A model generated the notes under the pieces. It saw only the letters and a list, made by a program, of their open reading frames with translations, did no database searches and was not told where the DNA came from. A stretch of 64,000 bases of DNA, from the NCBI RefSeq assembly GCF_006345805.1, contig NC_043004.1, positions 96,162,001-96,226,000 of the forward strand, given 5' to 3'. This DNA is from Octopus sinensis. Taxonomy: Eukaryota. Position numbers and translations under genes: made by a program. Below are positions 13,218-27,395 of this stretch, piece by piece; position 1 is the first letter of the stretch, and each line of letters starts with the position of its first letter.

Positions 13218-14212
13218 GAAGAGATAGATAGAGGGAGACAGAGAGGGAGACAGGGAAAGAGAGAAAGTGCAATATATATGTGTGCATGTATATATATATA
13301 TGTATGTGTGTGTATCTCTGTGTATATATATGTGTCTGTCTGTCTTGTCCCTTCAGTCTTCCTCCCTTTCTCTCTCATGCTTTCTCTCTTTATATGTGTG
13401 AGAGTGTGCTTGTATATATACAGGCATATACACGCATACATACACTGTCACATGCTCACACACACACATACTACACACATGCAATAACGGCTTTTACAGA
13501 TATGCACACACATTTTCGTGTTCCTGTATCTTTGAGCTGCTTCTCCTTTTTGAACAAACCAATATTATAGTTTTGTTAAACCGAACTTGTTTACCATTTT
13601 AGCCGCAAGTTAACTGAATTAACGAGAATACCATTGAAAATAAAGAAGAATGCTTCAGGGGTGGGGAATATTGTTTCTTTACTATCTTCATTTATGGCAC
13701 ACAATAGTGTTTAAATTTACAATTTACACACACAAATGTGTGTGTGCCTGTTTGTATGAATGTATGATCATATATACATAGTATATACATGTGTGTGTGT
13801 TTGAGTAGCATATATTGTTCTTTGTATCTGCATGTGTTTATGCACTTGTGATAGAATTAGAGACCTCTTGACATTTGTTTGGCTTCAGAGAAAATGCTTT
13901 TGGCCAAATTCGGCATCAAGCAGAGTCATGTGCTTTGTCCAGGGATATGAAACTGTGGCACGTGAGTCTTAAGTCCAGAAACAAATCAACAAGCCAGACA
14001 CACATATACATACAAATGCAGATTGAAGAGACCAATAATTAGTGCATGGCACTATGGTAATGTATTAGATCTTTAACCAAATGAAGTAAGTTTGTTGTTC
14101 TATGACTATCAAATTGAGATTTTTAAAATTCTTAATTGACCATTTTACATCTATTTTTCTAATTTAGCAATTATTATTAATCATAATCTCGCTTTCCTCT
14201 CAGTATAATTAT

Positions 14213-14596
14213 GGATGGAAGCACTCCGTCGGTTACGACGATGAGGGTTCCGGTTGATCCGATCAACAGAACAGCCTGCTCGTGAAATTAACGTGTAAGT
14301 GGCTGAACACTCCACAGACACGTGTACCCTTAAGGGGTTCTCGAGGATATTCAGCGTAACACAGAGAGTGACAAGGCCGGCCCTTTGAAATACAGGTACA
14401 ACAGAAACAGGAAGTAAGAGTGAGAGAAAGTTGTGGTGAAAGAGTACAGCAGGGATCACCACCATCCCTGCCGGAGCCTCGTGGGGCTTTATATGTTTTC
14501 GCTCAATACACACTCACAACGCCCGGTCTGGGAATCGAAACCACGATCCTATGACCGCGAGTCCGCTGCCCTAACCACTGGGCCATTGCGCCTCCA
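14213..14596 (-). mobile_element. SINE family B, full length, 14-bp TSD
   Basis: tRNA-like head tggcccagtggttagg...ggtttcgattccc; TSD ctcagtataattat at 14199-14212 and 14597-14610. Confidence 0.93.
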
Positions 14597-16029
14597 CTCA
14601 GTATAATTATATACTGAGAGGAAAGCCAGATGACTTTCATCTCAGTAACCCATACCTGCTTATCAAATAAAGGATACTTTTAATACCACACATCTTTGAA
14701 AGTGCATTCATGCAAGCACACACATGTGCGTGCACTCATACACACGTGCACACACACACGAGATGGGTTTTGCACAGTTCCTGTCTACCAAATGTGCACA
14801 TAAAGTAGTGGTCAGCTTAAAGATACAGCAGAAGACGTACTCAAGGTACCATATAATGAAATTGAAACTGAAACTCACATGAAGATGAAGTGCACGTCTC
14901 ACCTCACATCACTGATGAATTGAGTAAATGGCAAAAGCTAAACAAAGAAATGCAAGCCTTTAGGGATTTGACTGAGCAAGACTGGTTGACTGTTGCAATA
15001 CTAAATTTTTCTTTTGGTACTTGGAGACATCTTGAACATGAATACTTCCCTCTAACTGCAGTTAACAGAGATAATCAATATATTATTAGGTGTAGAAATA
15101 AGTGTTTCTAACTTAGACCTTGTACAAGGGCATGAAATTTAATGAACTGGATTGGTTAGTACCATTGACACTAGTACCTTATTTGGTACTTTCTTTTATT
15201 GACCTTAGGAGAATAAAACTCAAAGTCGACTTCAGTGAGATTTGAACTCAGAATAACAAATACTTCAAAACATTTTGTGTCACTCTAATGATTCTGTTCA
15301 CTTACAATCCTATCGGATACAGAAATAATTAACTTAAAAATTCAAGAAATAAAATCAAATTATCATAACTTCATTGTTATCAACCTGCCTTGATACCCAC
15401 CATTTCTATGATACAATCTTCTTGTATTAAAATGATCTAAATTAAAACTTTCTATCAAAATTTCATGATTAAGTTATTTTGTAAATTTTCATTATATTTA
15501 AAATCAATGGAACTGAAAGTATTGTATTTTCAACAAGAAAAATGGTACCAAAAATGTTAATAAGTAAATATTTAAATCATTTTAACAAGCTAATGTGTTA
15601 AGCTAGTGGAAAATTTTTTCCATGGTTTTGATAAGAAATGAGACACAGAGTAGTTGGAAGAAACTATTTTAGCTATAAAGAATTATTAGAGTTTTGAATT
15701 GTTTTCAGAATGAAGAGTGTCAGGGGATTTTGAAAAATTCAAAATGAACTTGTTAAATGGATGGTACAGGTGTCAGCTTTTACAAAAAAAGAATATACAT
15801 ATATATATATATATATATATATTTCGTAAAGTTGTTAGTAGGTTGTTATATAGATGTATATATATACACATGTGTGTGTGTGTGTAGGTAAACAGATATG
15901 TAAGTAAACAGAATGATAAATAGATAGATAGGTACATAGATAATATGGACAGACAAACACACACATACATAAATGAAGACTGAAATACATGACCATATAC
16001 ACACATGCACACTTCACATGCACAAGGAC

Positions 16030-16720
16030 ACATCTGATGCCTCTTATGTCCAATTTTTCTCTCAAGATGCTTGCACTCTGTCCAACAGGCACATTGACAT
16101 TACACATCCAGTGAAGCATACAAGCTTCATTTCTTTCAAGCTTTTACATATCCTCTGCAGTCACAGTCCATGTTTTACTGCCATGTAGCATAGAAACACA
16201 GGCATCATCTTGGGCAAGTGTCTTCTGCTATAGCCCCGGGCCGACCAATGCCTTGTGAGTGGATTTGGTAGACGGAAACTGAAAGAAGCCTGTCGTATAT
16301 ATGTATATATATATATGTATGTGTATGTGTGTGTTTGTGTGTCTGTATTTGTCCCCCTAGCATTGCTTGACAACCGATACTGGTGTGTTTACGTTCCCGT
16401 CACTTAGCGGTTCAGCAAAAAGAGACCGATAGAATAAGTACTAGGCTTACAAAGAATAAGTCCCAGGGTCGATTTGTTCGACTAAAGGCGGTGCTCCAGC
16501 ATGGCCGCAGTCAAAATGACTGAAACAAGTAAAAGAGAGTAAAAGAGAGTAAAGAGAGTAATACAATCAGCCTTTCCCTCTGAGAGACAGGGCCTTTGTT
16601 ATTGACAAGAGTAGGAATTCTCTGAACATTGCTCAGCCCTTTCTTATTCTAAAGGAGTGTTAAAACACCTGAAAGTCATAGACAGGCGAGATCCAAATGA
16701 CCAAGACATTATCTGTCGCT
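16030..16720 (-). mobile_element. RTE LINE fragment split by a family-A SINE (about 16197-16560)
   Basis: MLHWMCNVNV...LREKLDIRGI is homologous to ORF 6164..6445; the upstream part resumes after 16560. Confidence 0.82.
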
Positions 16721-16945
16721 GAGGAGGTAAAATCACACTGAAACAACATATCTGGTAGTTTGCTGATGTTGTTTGCAGAATCATGTGTTTTACATGCAAA
16801 GTCTATCGAGGGTGAATTGCTCTCTGAAACAAAACTCTGTGGCAAATTCTATTCTCATTCTAGTGTGCAGAAGCATTTGAAACATAAATGTACATAACTT
16901 ACTTTGTTTGTCTGTCTGTCTATCTGTCTGCTGTTTATCTATCTG

Positions 16946-17023
<78 letters not shown>

Positions 17024-17090
17024 AACCTACTTATTCATGTATTTGTCCATGCATCTATTCAGCTATATAAATGTATGTATATATCTCTCT

Positions 17091-17415
17091 AAAAGACTCC
17101 GCCGGTTACGACGACGAGGGTCCCAGCTGATACGATCAACGGAACAGCTTGCTCGTGAAATTAACGTGCAAATGGCTGAGCATTCCACAGACACGTGTAC
17201 CCTTAACGTAGTTCTCGGGGATAATCAGCGTGACACAGAGAGTGACAAGGCTGACCCTTTGAAATACAAGTACAACTCATTTTTGCCAGCTGAGTGGACT
17301 GGAGCAATGTGAAATAAAGTGTCTTGCTCAAGGACACAACGCGTCGCCACGAATCGAACTCACAACCTTACGATCATGAGCCGAATGCCCTAACCACTAA
17401 GCCACGCGCCCTCAC
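17091..17415 (-). mobile_element. SINE with CORE-like middle and family-B tail
   Basis: tRNA-like head, then tgtgtccttgagcaagacacttt...ccactcagctg, then the same 3' ~170 bp as 14213-14400; relatives at 31410-31715 and 63135-63270. Confidence 0.85.
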
Positions 17416-17491
<76 letters not shown>

Positions 17492-17512
17492 AGAGAGAGA
17501 GAGAGTAATAGT

Positions 17513-17776
17513 AATAATCCATTGATGGAAATTATAAATATTTTGACGCATTGCTACACTCGTTTCCAGATGCCACATATTTCTTACAATCATAGTCCAT
17601 ATTCCTGGGATGATTATAGTACAGCTCGTAGTATCCATGGACATTGAGTGGATCATGGTGCAGACTGTAATGTAATCATCCCAGGAATACAGACTATGAT
17701 CATAAGAAACAGGTGATTTGTGGAAACGTGCATAGGGATGCAATAAATTATTTATAAGTTCTATCCAGGGATTATT
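17513..17776. mobile_element. foldback/MITE, ~260-bp imperfect palindrome
   Basis: Arms are reverse complements; opposite-strand ORFs give similar peptides (HSPYSWDDY vs HSLYSWDDY). Confidence 0.8.
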
Positions 17777-18269
17777 GTTATTATTATTATTATTACTATT
17801 ACTATATTTATTATACATTGTATCAGCACAGCTGTGTACAACCCTATAAAACTACTATTGCAAGTTGGTATCGTTAGTCTGTAGCCGGCATAATAAAATT
17901 GGAGATTTTATATGTATGCTCAAAAATTGTTTCCCGTCAACAAACTTATATACAAACATATATACATACACACACACATATGAAGAGAGAGAGATACTTA
18001 GAAACAGAGGGGGAGAGACACATGTATGTGTGTGTATATATATATATATTAATAAATATAAGGGTAGCAAAAAATTCTAGAAAAAATTCTCCGCTACCAG
18101 CAGTCCAGTGAGAAAGAAAAGATAGTCACAGACTATATAATATACATTCAAAAATATAAGGAATGGCCATAATAGGACATTCGACTCACTAGACAGAGCA
18201 GCCAAACTCAAACTGCTAAAAGTTGTAATTCTGAAATTGAAAGAGAAATAAAAACGTTTACCCCTTTCA

Positions 18270-18364
18270 TCTCTGGACTATGCATAGTTTCAGCAAACTT
18301 TAATAAACAAATTAATTAAATTAAATTAAATTTATTTACAACTGGCGTGCCTCTTCAGCAGAGA
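18270..18364 (-). ncRNA. type-I hammerhead ribozyme, canonical core
   Basis: Minus strand: TCTCTG-CTGAAGA-GGCA...TGCT-GAA-ACTATGCATAGT-C-CAGAGA. 6-bp helix I, 12-nt palindromic helix III, GUC site, long AT-rich helix II. Confidence 0.85.
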
Positions 18365-18389
18365 AGCTAAGGACGAACATATATGTTTG

Positions 18390-18452
<63 letters not shown>

Positions 18453-19051
18453 GTGTGTGTGTGTATATATATATATCTATATCTATCTATTTACCTGTCT
18501 ATATATATATATATATTAATAATTATTGCTTGCACTTTGTGGTACTTACTCATCCTTTCTGAAACCTTTGGACTCTTTGAGATAACTTATTTTTTTTCCA
18601 TGTACATCATTTGCATTTAATATATTTTAATTACATCGGGAACACTGGCATATGAAGCATAATAAAACACAAGCAATTTACTTAGTTCATAAGCTCCACC
18701 AACTCTTAACAAGTCAGTGGATTCTAAAACATTTATACTAATAGCTTAGTGTTTTATGACTTACTGGCTCATCCATATCTCTGCAAAAAGTTATATACTA
18801 TACCATGTTATTGATTAAAATACTGCTTGTTTTTAATTGTTATGTCTGAGGGTCAGAGGGTATAAATATGGTCATGATATATTTTTCCCAAGTGATCACC
18901 TATCCAATGAAACTTTCTTATACTCTTGTTGACTATAGTAATGGAAAAGAGTACTCCATGATATCTATTTACAGCTTGGTGCACCGGGCAGCATTGAAAC
19001 AGTAATAAAATATGTTCAGCGGAACCGTCAGTCATTTGATTGTCCAGCATG

Positions 19052-19105
<54 letters not shown>

Positions 19106-19789
19106 TGTATGTATGTATGTATGTATGTATGTATGTATGTATGTATGTATGTATATGTATGTATGTATGTATATGTATGTATGAATGTATATGTATGTAT
19201 GTATGTATGTATGTATATATAGGATATTGATTCAGATCTTTGGTTGGTTATTGAAGATACTATAAAACATTAAACTGTACACACACTCTAACACACACAC
19301 ACTTGCACATAAGCACACATATATAATAAAGACATATGCATATGAATGTGCTTTTAAGTACATATATATATATATATATATATACATATACATATGTATA
19401 CATGCATATATGTTATGTATGTATATATATATACACATATATACATATGTATATATATATATGTGTATATGTATATATATATATGTATATATAAGTATAT
19501 ATACGTATATGTATATATATAATATATATGTATATGTATATATATAGAGAGAGAGCGAGAGAGAAATATATACACACATATATGTACATATATATGTATG
19601 TGTGTGTGAGTGTGTCTGTGTGTCTGTGTGGTGTGTATGTATGAATGTGGTCAAGCAGTACATTCTTAGTTATAGCATATAACCGATTAGAACATTACTA
19701 TTGGTTTCAGATCTACTATTGCACTTGTTAATATAAAGAAAACTCATTAGAACTGCTGGCTCGAAGCACATATCTATAAATCCCCTGTT

Positions 19790-20440
19790 TTTACCCTATT
19801 CTTCGCACTCTTCATTAAAACCTATATGGAAAGGATTTTCCTTAGATTAGTAGATAAGCACTTCCCACAATCCCATAGTTACAGGACATTGTTTAATAGA
19901 CATAACTTAATGGACTCATTCTTCAGTGCACCTAGTGTAAAAAAGATATTAATAAATGCCTCCAAACCCTGCACAGAGGCACAGTGCTCATGTAAGGTTA
20001 ACCCTGAGTACCTAGTGAAAGCTTGATGCATCCCTGAGGCCATGGTTTATAAAACAGAGAGAATGTTCAGCAACAGTAGCAGCAACAAAAGGACATACAT
20101 ATGGAAATATGTTGGGGGCCACTGAAGGCTCATTTAAGGTAATGCTAAATAACCACAGATCCTCTTTTGGGATCCAGGAGAGGTGCAACGTTACATATCA
20201 TTAACCATTTATATATGGTGATTAAAAAGGAGAAAAAGCCATTCAAAATTAACTGGAAATTACTAGAAAAAACTGGACCATATCTCAATGCAAAATAAAT
20301 GGTGCAAAACTTTGCTTCACTAAGAGAAGAATGATCCTAAATACCTGTACCACATGGATACCTTCTTGAATTTAAAAATGATATTTGCAGCTGCTGTCTC
20401 CACGACAGTAGATTTATTTTTGAAGCATGGTCTTTCTAGT
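19790..20440 (+). pseudogene. Penelope-like retroelement C-terminal/GIY-YIG endonuclease remnant
   Basis: FLRLVDKHFP...LFNRHN...CSCK...MVYK...YVG/ATEGSFK..NNHRSSF...IYIW...FKINWKLL...GPY...; several frameshifts and stops. Confidence 0.82.
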
Positions 20441-20461
20441 GTTCAAAAAAATGGACAAGAG

Positions 20462-20791
20462 AAGGCCTGGCCAACGTGAATTACATTACGGGCCACTTTA
20501 ATGACAAAATGTTTTTTGAAGGCTTCTTGTATACTGACAGAACTGAAAGCATTTTGCTTTCTCATGCTATTATTACAATAATGAATGAATGATCATTGAT
20601 TCAACATGAAATATTATCATTGCAAAAACAGTAGTATCTTTATTTTTATTTTTCATTACAATCTTTAATTCTTGATAAACTTTTAAAAATGTTTGTTTAA
20701 ATAAACCCATTTCTAGAAAGAATCAAGTGGACCACAAAATAAAAGTCAGCGGGCGACATATGGCTCACTGGCCTCTGCTTGGCCAGCCCAG
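20462..20791. mobile_element. hAT-like MITE
   Basis: Ends aggcctggccaa / ttggccagcccag; 8-bp flanks gacaagag / aactagag (6/8 match). Confidence 0.6.
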
Positions 20792-20977
20792 AACTAGAGA
20801 ATGGAAATAGCATATTCAGGCACAGCTGACCAACTTCGGCCACAACTGGAATCATACAAGGAGAGGCAACTCTTTTTTCACCTTTTAAAATGGTCTTGTT
20901 TTCGTTTTGTGCGCTACCAAACTAACCAAGTCTGTATATTTACCACCATCAGTAAAGAGGCTAACTGTGTTTCTGAC

Positions 20978-21045
20978 CAGCAAATCTGATGAGTCGTCTA
21001 TATTGCTATGTGCAGTAGTAGATGAGAAGAGAACGTAACTTTCTG
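20978..21045 (+). ncRNA. decayed hammerhead motif downstream of the Penelope-like remnant
   Basis: CTGATGA at 20986, a 13-bp interrupted helix II (tcgtcta-tattgc / gcagta-g-tagatga), GAA, a GTA site and a partial helix I (cagcaaat/actttctg). Confidence 0.5.
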
Positions 21046-21144
21046 AGCTGTTATAACCAGGGATGTAATACTCAACTATATAAAGGTATAACCGCTTAAA
21101 ACTTTCGTGCTTTGTTTTTCTTGTATATGGATAATTGACCAACA

Positions 21145-21176
<32 letters not shown>

Positions 21177-21855
21177 TATAGTGCTCCAGCATGACTGTAG
21201 TAACATGGCTGCAACAGATAAATAAAATAAAAGAATATATATATGTGTGTGTGTGTGTGTGTATATATATGAATACATACACATGCATGTATTCACTCAC
21301 ACAACACAACAATGCATCCACACCACACACACATAGTGCTCCAGCATGACTGTAGTAACATGGCTGCAACAGATAAAGAAATAAAAGAATATATATATGT
21401 GTGTGGGTGAGTGTATATATGAATACATATACATGCATATATGCACTCACACAATACAACAATTCATCCGCGCACACACACACACACAAACACATACATA
21501 TATGTATATATGCTCTATCTCTAATGTATACATACTGGAGGTATACATATGTAGGTAGGTAGGTATGTACGTCACTCCAAACTTATTAGAGTATTTGCTG
21601 CAGTTATTATCATTTCATTATGGAATGCAAGGAAATTGTCTGTTGACCGCCCTGTGGCAACACCAATATTAAGGAGAGCAAGATAAAGAGATGGAGAGGA
21701 AGAAAAGCACGAAAGAAAAAAACAAAAAAAAAAAAACAAAGACACAATTACAAAAACAATGGTGTAGACAATAGAAGGTTGCAAAGTAGAGATAGAGGAA
21801 ATGATTAGGCTAAAGTAAATGAAGAAGGAAAGAGAATGCAAGATGAGGATGATAA

Positions 21856-22138
21856 CAAGAACAACAACAACAGCAATAATAAAAATATTAATAATATAAT
21901 CATAATATAATAATTAATAATAATGATAATAATAATAATGATAATAATAATAATAATAAGAATGATGAATAATAATAACAATAATAAATAATAATAATAA
22001 TAATAATGATGATAATAATAACAATAATAAAATAAAATAATAATAATAATAATAATGATAATAATATTAATAATAATGATAATAAAGTAATAATAATAAT
22101 AATAATAATAATATAATATAATAATAATAATAATAATT
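21856..22138. repeat. (AAT)n microsatellite
   Basis: Seen directly. Confidence 0.95.
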
Positions 22139-22292
22139 CAAGCTAATGAAGATGAAGATGTCTCAAATATACATATATACATACGCATATATATATATAG
22201 ATACATAGATGTATATATGTATATGCATATATATATATATATAATATATATATATATATATTATATACATACATATATATATATATACATAC

Positions 22293-22362
<70 letters not shown>

Positions 22363-22959
22363 GCACATATCTCTTTCTCTCCTCTCTCTCGCTCTCTCTC
22401 TCTCTCTCTCGTCTCTCTCTCTCTCTTCTCTCACACACACACCACAAATATCATAAGAAAAAATTGTTGAAGGAAATCATTGATTGCTAAGATATAATGA
22501 TACGACAACACTCAATATTATAGAGCTCAGACAACAAGGAATTATCAAGCCATAGTTTGGACAGTATCTCATCACATTATCTTGCATTTAAGGAAAATAG
22601 CGTAGAAAATCCAGTTCTTGGTTCAAATTCCTTCAGGAAATAATATTAAGATTCATAATATAACTTGTCGTATTTTTATTCTTCTTGTTGATGTTATTCC
22701 TGTCATTACTGTTGAATTTGTTGTACTGTACATTGCTATTTTTTTATAAGTTTTTTCTTTTTTTGAAGTTCTTTTTTTGGTCGGGTTTTTATTTTTTAAG
22801 ATTATTGTCTATTTTATTATTATCATTATATTTTATTTCTGTGTTCAGAATTCGTAAATATTGATTCCTGTGAGGGTTTTCCATTAAAAATTATGAGTGA
22901 TCATCTTATCTGAAATACATCTAAAACACCATATACACCAGTATTCACATATAACTATG

Positions 22960-23500
22960 AATATGTATGCATACACACATGAATGAATGTATATATGTAT
23001 GCGTACCTGTAACAGGTACATATCTATGTATATAAGTACGTATATATATACATACATTATATGTACATACTTATATATGTATGTATGTATGTATACACAT
23101 ATGTATATATGTATGATGAACATATATATCTATCTTATGCATACACACATGAATGAGAGTATATATGTATGAGTACCTGTATGAGGTACATATCTATGTA
23201 TATAAGTACGTATATATGTACATACATATATATGTACATATATATGTATGTATGTATGTATGTATACACATATGTATATATGTATGATGAACATATATAT
23301 CTATGTATGTACTTATGTATACATGTATGTATTAAAGCCTGTATATATAAACATATGTATGTATGATGCACATATATCTTTATATGTATTTATGTATGTG
23401 TGCATGTATGTATGTATTTATGTATGCACATATGTACGTATGTATGATGCACATATATACATATCTATGTATGTACATATGTATGATGTATTTATGTATG

Positions 23501-23534
<34 letters not shown>

Positions 23535-23670
23535 TGTATGTATGTATGTATGTATGTATGTATGTATGTATGTATGTATGTGTGTATGTATGTATGTTTG
23601 TATATATGTATGTATGTATGTATGTACGTATGTATTTATGCATGTATGTATATATGTATGTATGTATTTA
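22960..23670. repeat. (TATG)n-derived array including a ~171-bp tandem duplication
   Basis: Unit 'atgcatacacacatgaatga...aggtacatatctatgtatataagtacg' at about 22967 and 23138. Confidence 0.9.
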
Positions 23671-24026
23671 TTCATATCTCTCTGAATGTGTAAATACACA
23701 ATTATTGTCATAAGGATAGTGAATACATATGAAGTATTGTACATCAACCTATACATAATGTGAATAGTGAGTTTGTGTGAATGGCACTACCACACAGACA
23801 CAGAGACATACGCCACATACACACATTGTATAAACATGTATAAATTCACACACTAACACATGAACATATAAACGAACTTTGTTCTGTTCCCTGTATCTAT
23901 CTTTCTATCTGTCTGTCTGTCTGTCTCTGACAGTTTGTTATCTGTCTATCTATCTATCTATCTGTCTTTCTGTCTGTCTGTTTATCTATCTCTGTCTGTC
24001 TGTCTGTCTTTCTCTCTCTCTCTCTC

Positions 24027-24058
<32 letters not shown>

Positions 24059-24231
24059 CTAAGCAATAAGGGTTTAGCAACGAGTTGCCTTACCACATAC
24101 CGAATTTAGAAATAGCAGTCAAAGGGTTATAGCTATTTCTTCTACTAAAAAGGGAGATCTCAGTAAAAACAGCATTTGGAAGGCAGACACAAACAGGTAA
24201 GAGAGAATGAATTGACTGCAATCTATCATAC

Positions 24232-24268
<37 letters not shown>

Positions 24269-24699
24269 ATATATATATATACCTGTCTGTCTCTCTGTCA
24301 GTTTTGTAATCTGTCTGTTAGTTTGTCTGTCTGTGTGTCTGTCTGTCTGACTGTTGGTTTATCTATTTTACTCTCTCTCACTCTCTCTGTCTCTACATCA
24401 GACACGCATGTTTGTAAATGTGAGTGAATGTATGCTTGTATATATATTATATATATATATATTATATATATATATATGTATATGTATGTAGGTGTGTGTG
24501 TGTAAATGTGTGTGTATGCGTATATATGTGTTTGTGTACATGAGAGCAACATAGAGGCTTGGACTGACAATCAAATATGCATATACATTAAACACACACA
24601 CACTCATACACACACACACACACTCAAGCTCACACGCATGTGCACACTTATCTATATGTATCCATGTATGGAGAATATTTGCATGTGGACCTCTCTGTG

Positions 24700-24863
24700 T
24701 ATGTGCGGGTGTCTGTCTGTATGTGTGTGTGCATGTGTGTATGTGTGTCTGTGTGTGTGCATGCATGTGTGTATGTGTGTGCGTGTGTGTCTGTGTGTGT
24801 GCATGCATGTGTGTGTGTGTGCGTGTGTGTCTGTGTGTGTGCATGCATGTGTGTATGTGTGTG

Positions 24864-24896
<33 letters not shown>

Positions 24897-25155
24897 CTGT
24901 GTGTGTGCATGCATGTGTGTGTGTGTGTGTGTGCGTGTGTGTATGTGTGTGTGTGTGTGTCTGTGTGTGTGCATGCATGTGTGTATGTGTGTGTGTGTGT
25001 GTCTGTGTGTGTGCATGCATGTGTGTATGTGTGTGTCTGTGTGTCTGTGTGTGTGCATGCATGTGTGTATGTGTGTGTCTGTGTGTCTGTGTGCGTGCAT
25101 GCATGTGTGTATGTGTGTATGTGTGTGTGTGTGCGTGTGTTTGTGTGTGCATGCT
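24700..25155. repeat. (GT)n array with higher-order ~40-bp periodicity
   Basis: Recurring gtgtctgtgtgtgtgcatgcatgtgtgt units. Confidence 0.93.
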
Positions 25156-27157
25156 TGTGAGAGTGTGAGGGTTATTGAAGATGTGTTAGTTTCTCATTTG
25201 TGATCATAAAGATATATGAAATGCCTTTCCTGCTAACGATTGCATCTAACGAGTTAAAGTTTTATCTGCTATTAGCAAATTAAATTAAGTATTTGATTCT
25301 TGAGGGTAGATTGAGAAAGATGTTGAATTAGATGTTAGATAGCAATTACACAAGTCATGCATAGGCTGAGAACTATCTTGTAAATCTCTTCCTTGTTGTT
25401 ATTTTACATTATACGTTTTAGTCCCAAATTAAGCAAGTTCAACTCTTGGTGGCATTTCTGTTAAGTAGTAATGCCGAAATAAGTACAACCTCCATTCCAT
25501 GGTATTGATCTAAGAACTAACATTAGCTTACAGATGATACAGTTTTTTTCTATAGATATTGTACTTTCTATAGATATTGTATTTGAAAAGACTCATCAAG
25601 CCAAATGAAATCGTAGTCATGGCTGTTGCCAGTGTCATGTGAATGGCCCCCTTGAATTCATAATTTTGGCCATTGCTGGTTGCATGATCTTCATATGTTG
25701 GGACTCAAAGAAGCAATGACAAGTGGCTGAGACCGTGTGCAATATGCTGTATTTGGGAAGAGTCATGAAGCCAAGAGAAATCATAGTCTTTGCCATTACT
25801 GGTGTCATGTAAACAGCAACCATGCTGGTGGATCATAAAAGTAGAAAAGAATTAGTTGAAATAGAACTCACTTCTAACCCATCCAGTTTTAGACAATTCT
25901 CTCTGAACCTCAAAATAAATACTTGAGATCTTTCATTTGCCTTCACCTCACAGTTTGAACAAGCTATGAGTAGTACAACTTCAAAGTCACAATCAATAAA
26001 ATTATACATTAGACTCAGATTCCATATTTGTATTGAGTTCAATATTCAATCAGTGTTTATTGTTTTTATGTATTTGAAAACATATATCCTTAGCCTTTAT
26101 TATGTTTCAGAGCTTGCTCTTTTGCTTAGTAAATCTTCCTTTTGCATTGTTCTAAAGAAACATATAATCAGCCCATATAATCCAAAGTGCATCAATATTT
26201 GCTATTGAAATTCAGTTATAATAAGAAAGGGTTATCCAGTCGATTTGAAACCTCTCTCAGTTCAGTGCAGATAACTGATGACACCAGGTCATTTTGAAAA
26301 TCCTCTTAGAAGTATTATGCCTCCCAGTGCAGAAGCATCAGGATTGGTTTGATGACAGCAACTTAGCAAAAAAATGCATGATTCACACAAGTCCTGAATT
26401 GATAATAAACACTTCGATATTAAAATGTGACATACAAAGAAGGCAAGTAATAGGTTCAAACTGGCCTCATTCTCTTGAGGGCAGTTTGCACCTTGCTGAT
26501 AATCATAAGCTGCTGAGCTCCAGAAAGCAGAGAACAAGAGCTCATAAGCTTTCTATGAAGCTCTCCAAAAGGGGTTTGGCTCATTAAAAAATGCTTTATT
26601 TGCTGCTCAATCATATGATGGTCTGCTGGTCAGGCTCTTCTGATGAGAAAGAATCGTATTTTTTCTTGATGGGAAAATACATTTTGAGGCTGGTTATAAT
26701 TCTAACTCTGTCCTCAAAGATAATGTAATTGATTCTATTCCTCAAAGACCAAAATCCTGGAGCTCTTTTGAGCCATGTTTAAAGGAAGTTCAAGATGTCA
26801 TAAAGCAAATATCATCAAAGTCCCTGGTAAGGATAGCACTCCACCAGAAATCTTTTAATATGGTGGTCAAAAATTCATGCAAAAGCTTTTTGATCTCTTC
26901 AGGGTCACTGAGACAGTTAGATGTGTCTCACAAGATTACAAGAATGCCTTAATCAAACACACTCTCAAGGGAAGAAGACCCTGCAATAACTCAAAGAGCA
27001 TATCTCTGCCGTGTATTGCAGATAAAATCCAGGCAAACATAATTCTTCACAGGTTACTCAAGCATGTTATCAATGATATCTATCCAGAATCACAATGTGG
27101 ATTCAGATCATTCTGCAATACCAGTGCCATGATCATTTCATTTCATCAAATTGTTTG

Positions 27158-27364
27158 CTCTTTTACTTGTTTCAGTCATTTGACTGTGGCCATGCTGGAG
27201 CACCGCCATTAGTCGAGCAAATCGACCCCAGGACTTATTCTTTGTTAGCCTAGTACTTATTCTATCGGTCTCTTTTGCCAAACCACTAAGTTACGGGGTT
27301 GTAAACAAGCGATGTTGGTGGGACAAACACAGGCACACAAACATATATACACACTTACACACCC

Positions 27365-27395
<31 letters not shown>

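Noticed and set aside
14890-15111. Protein-looking 73-aa ORF (DELSKWQKLNKEMQAF...)
   Set aside because: Starts inside a decayed SINE, no convincing splice sites, no recognised domain.
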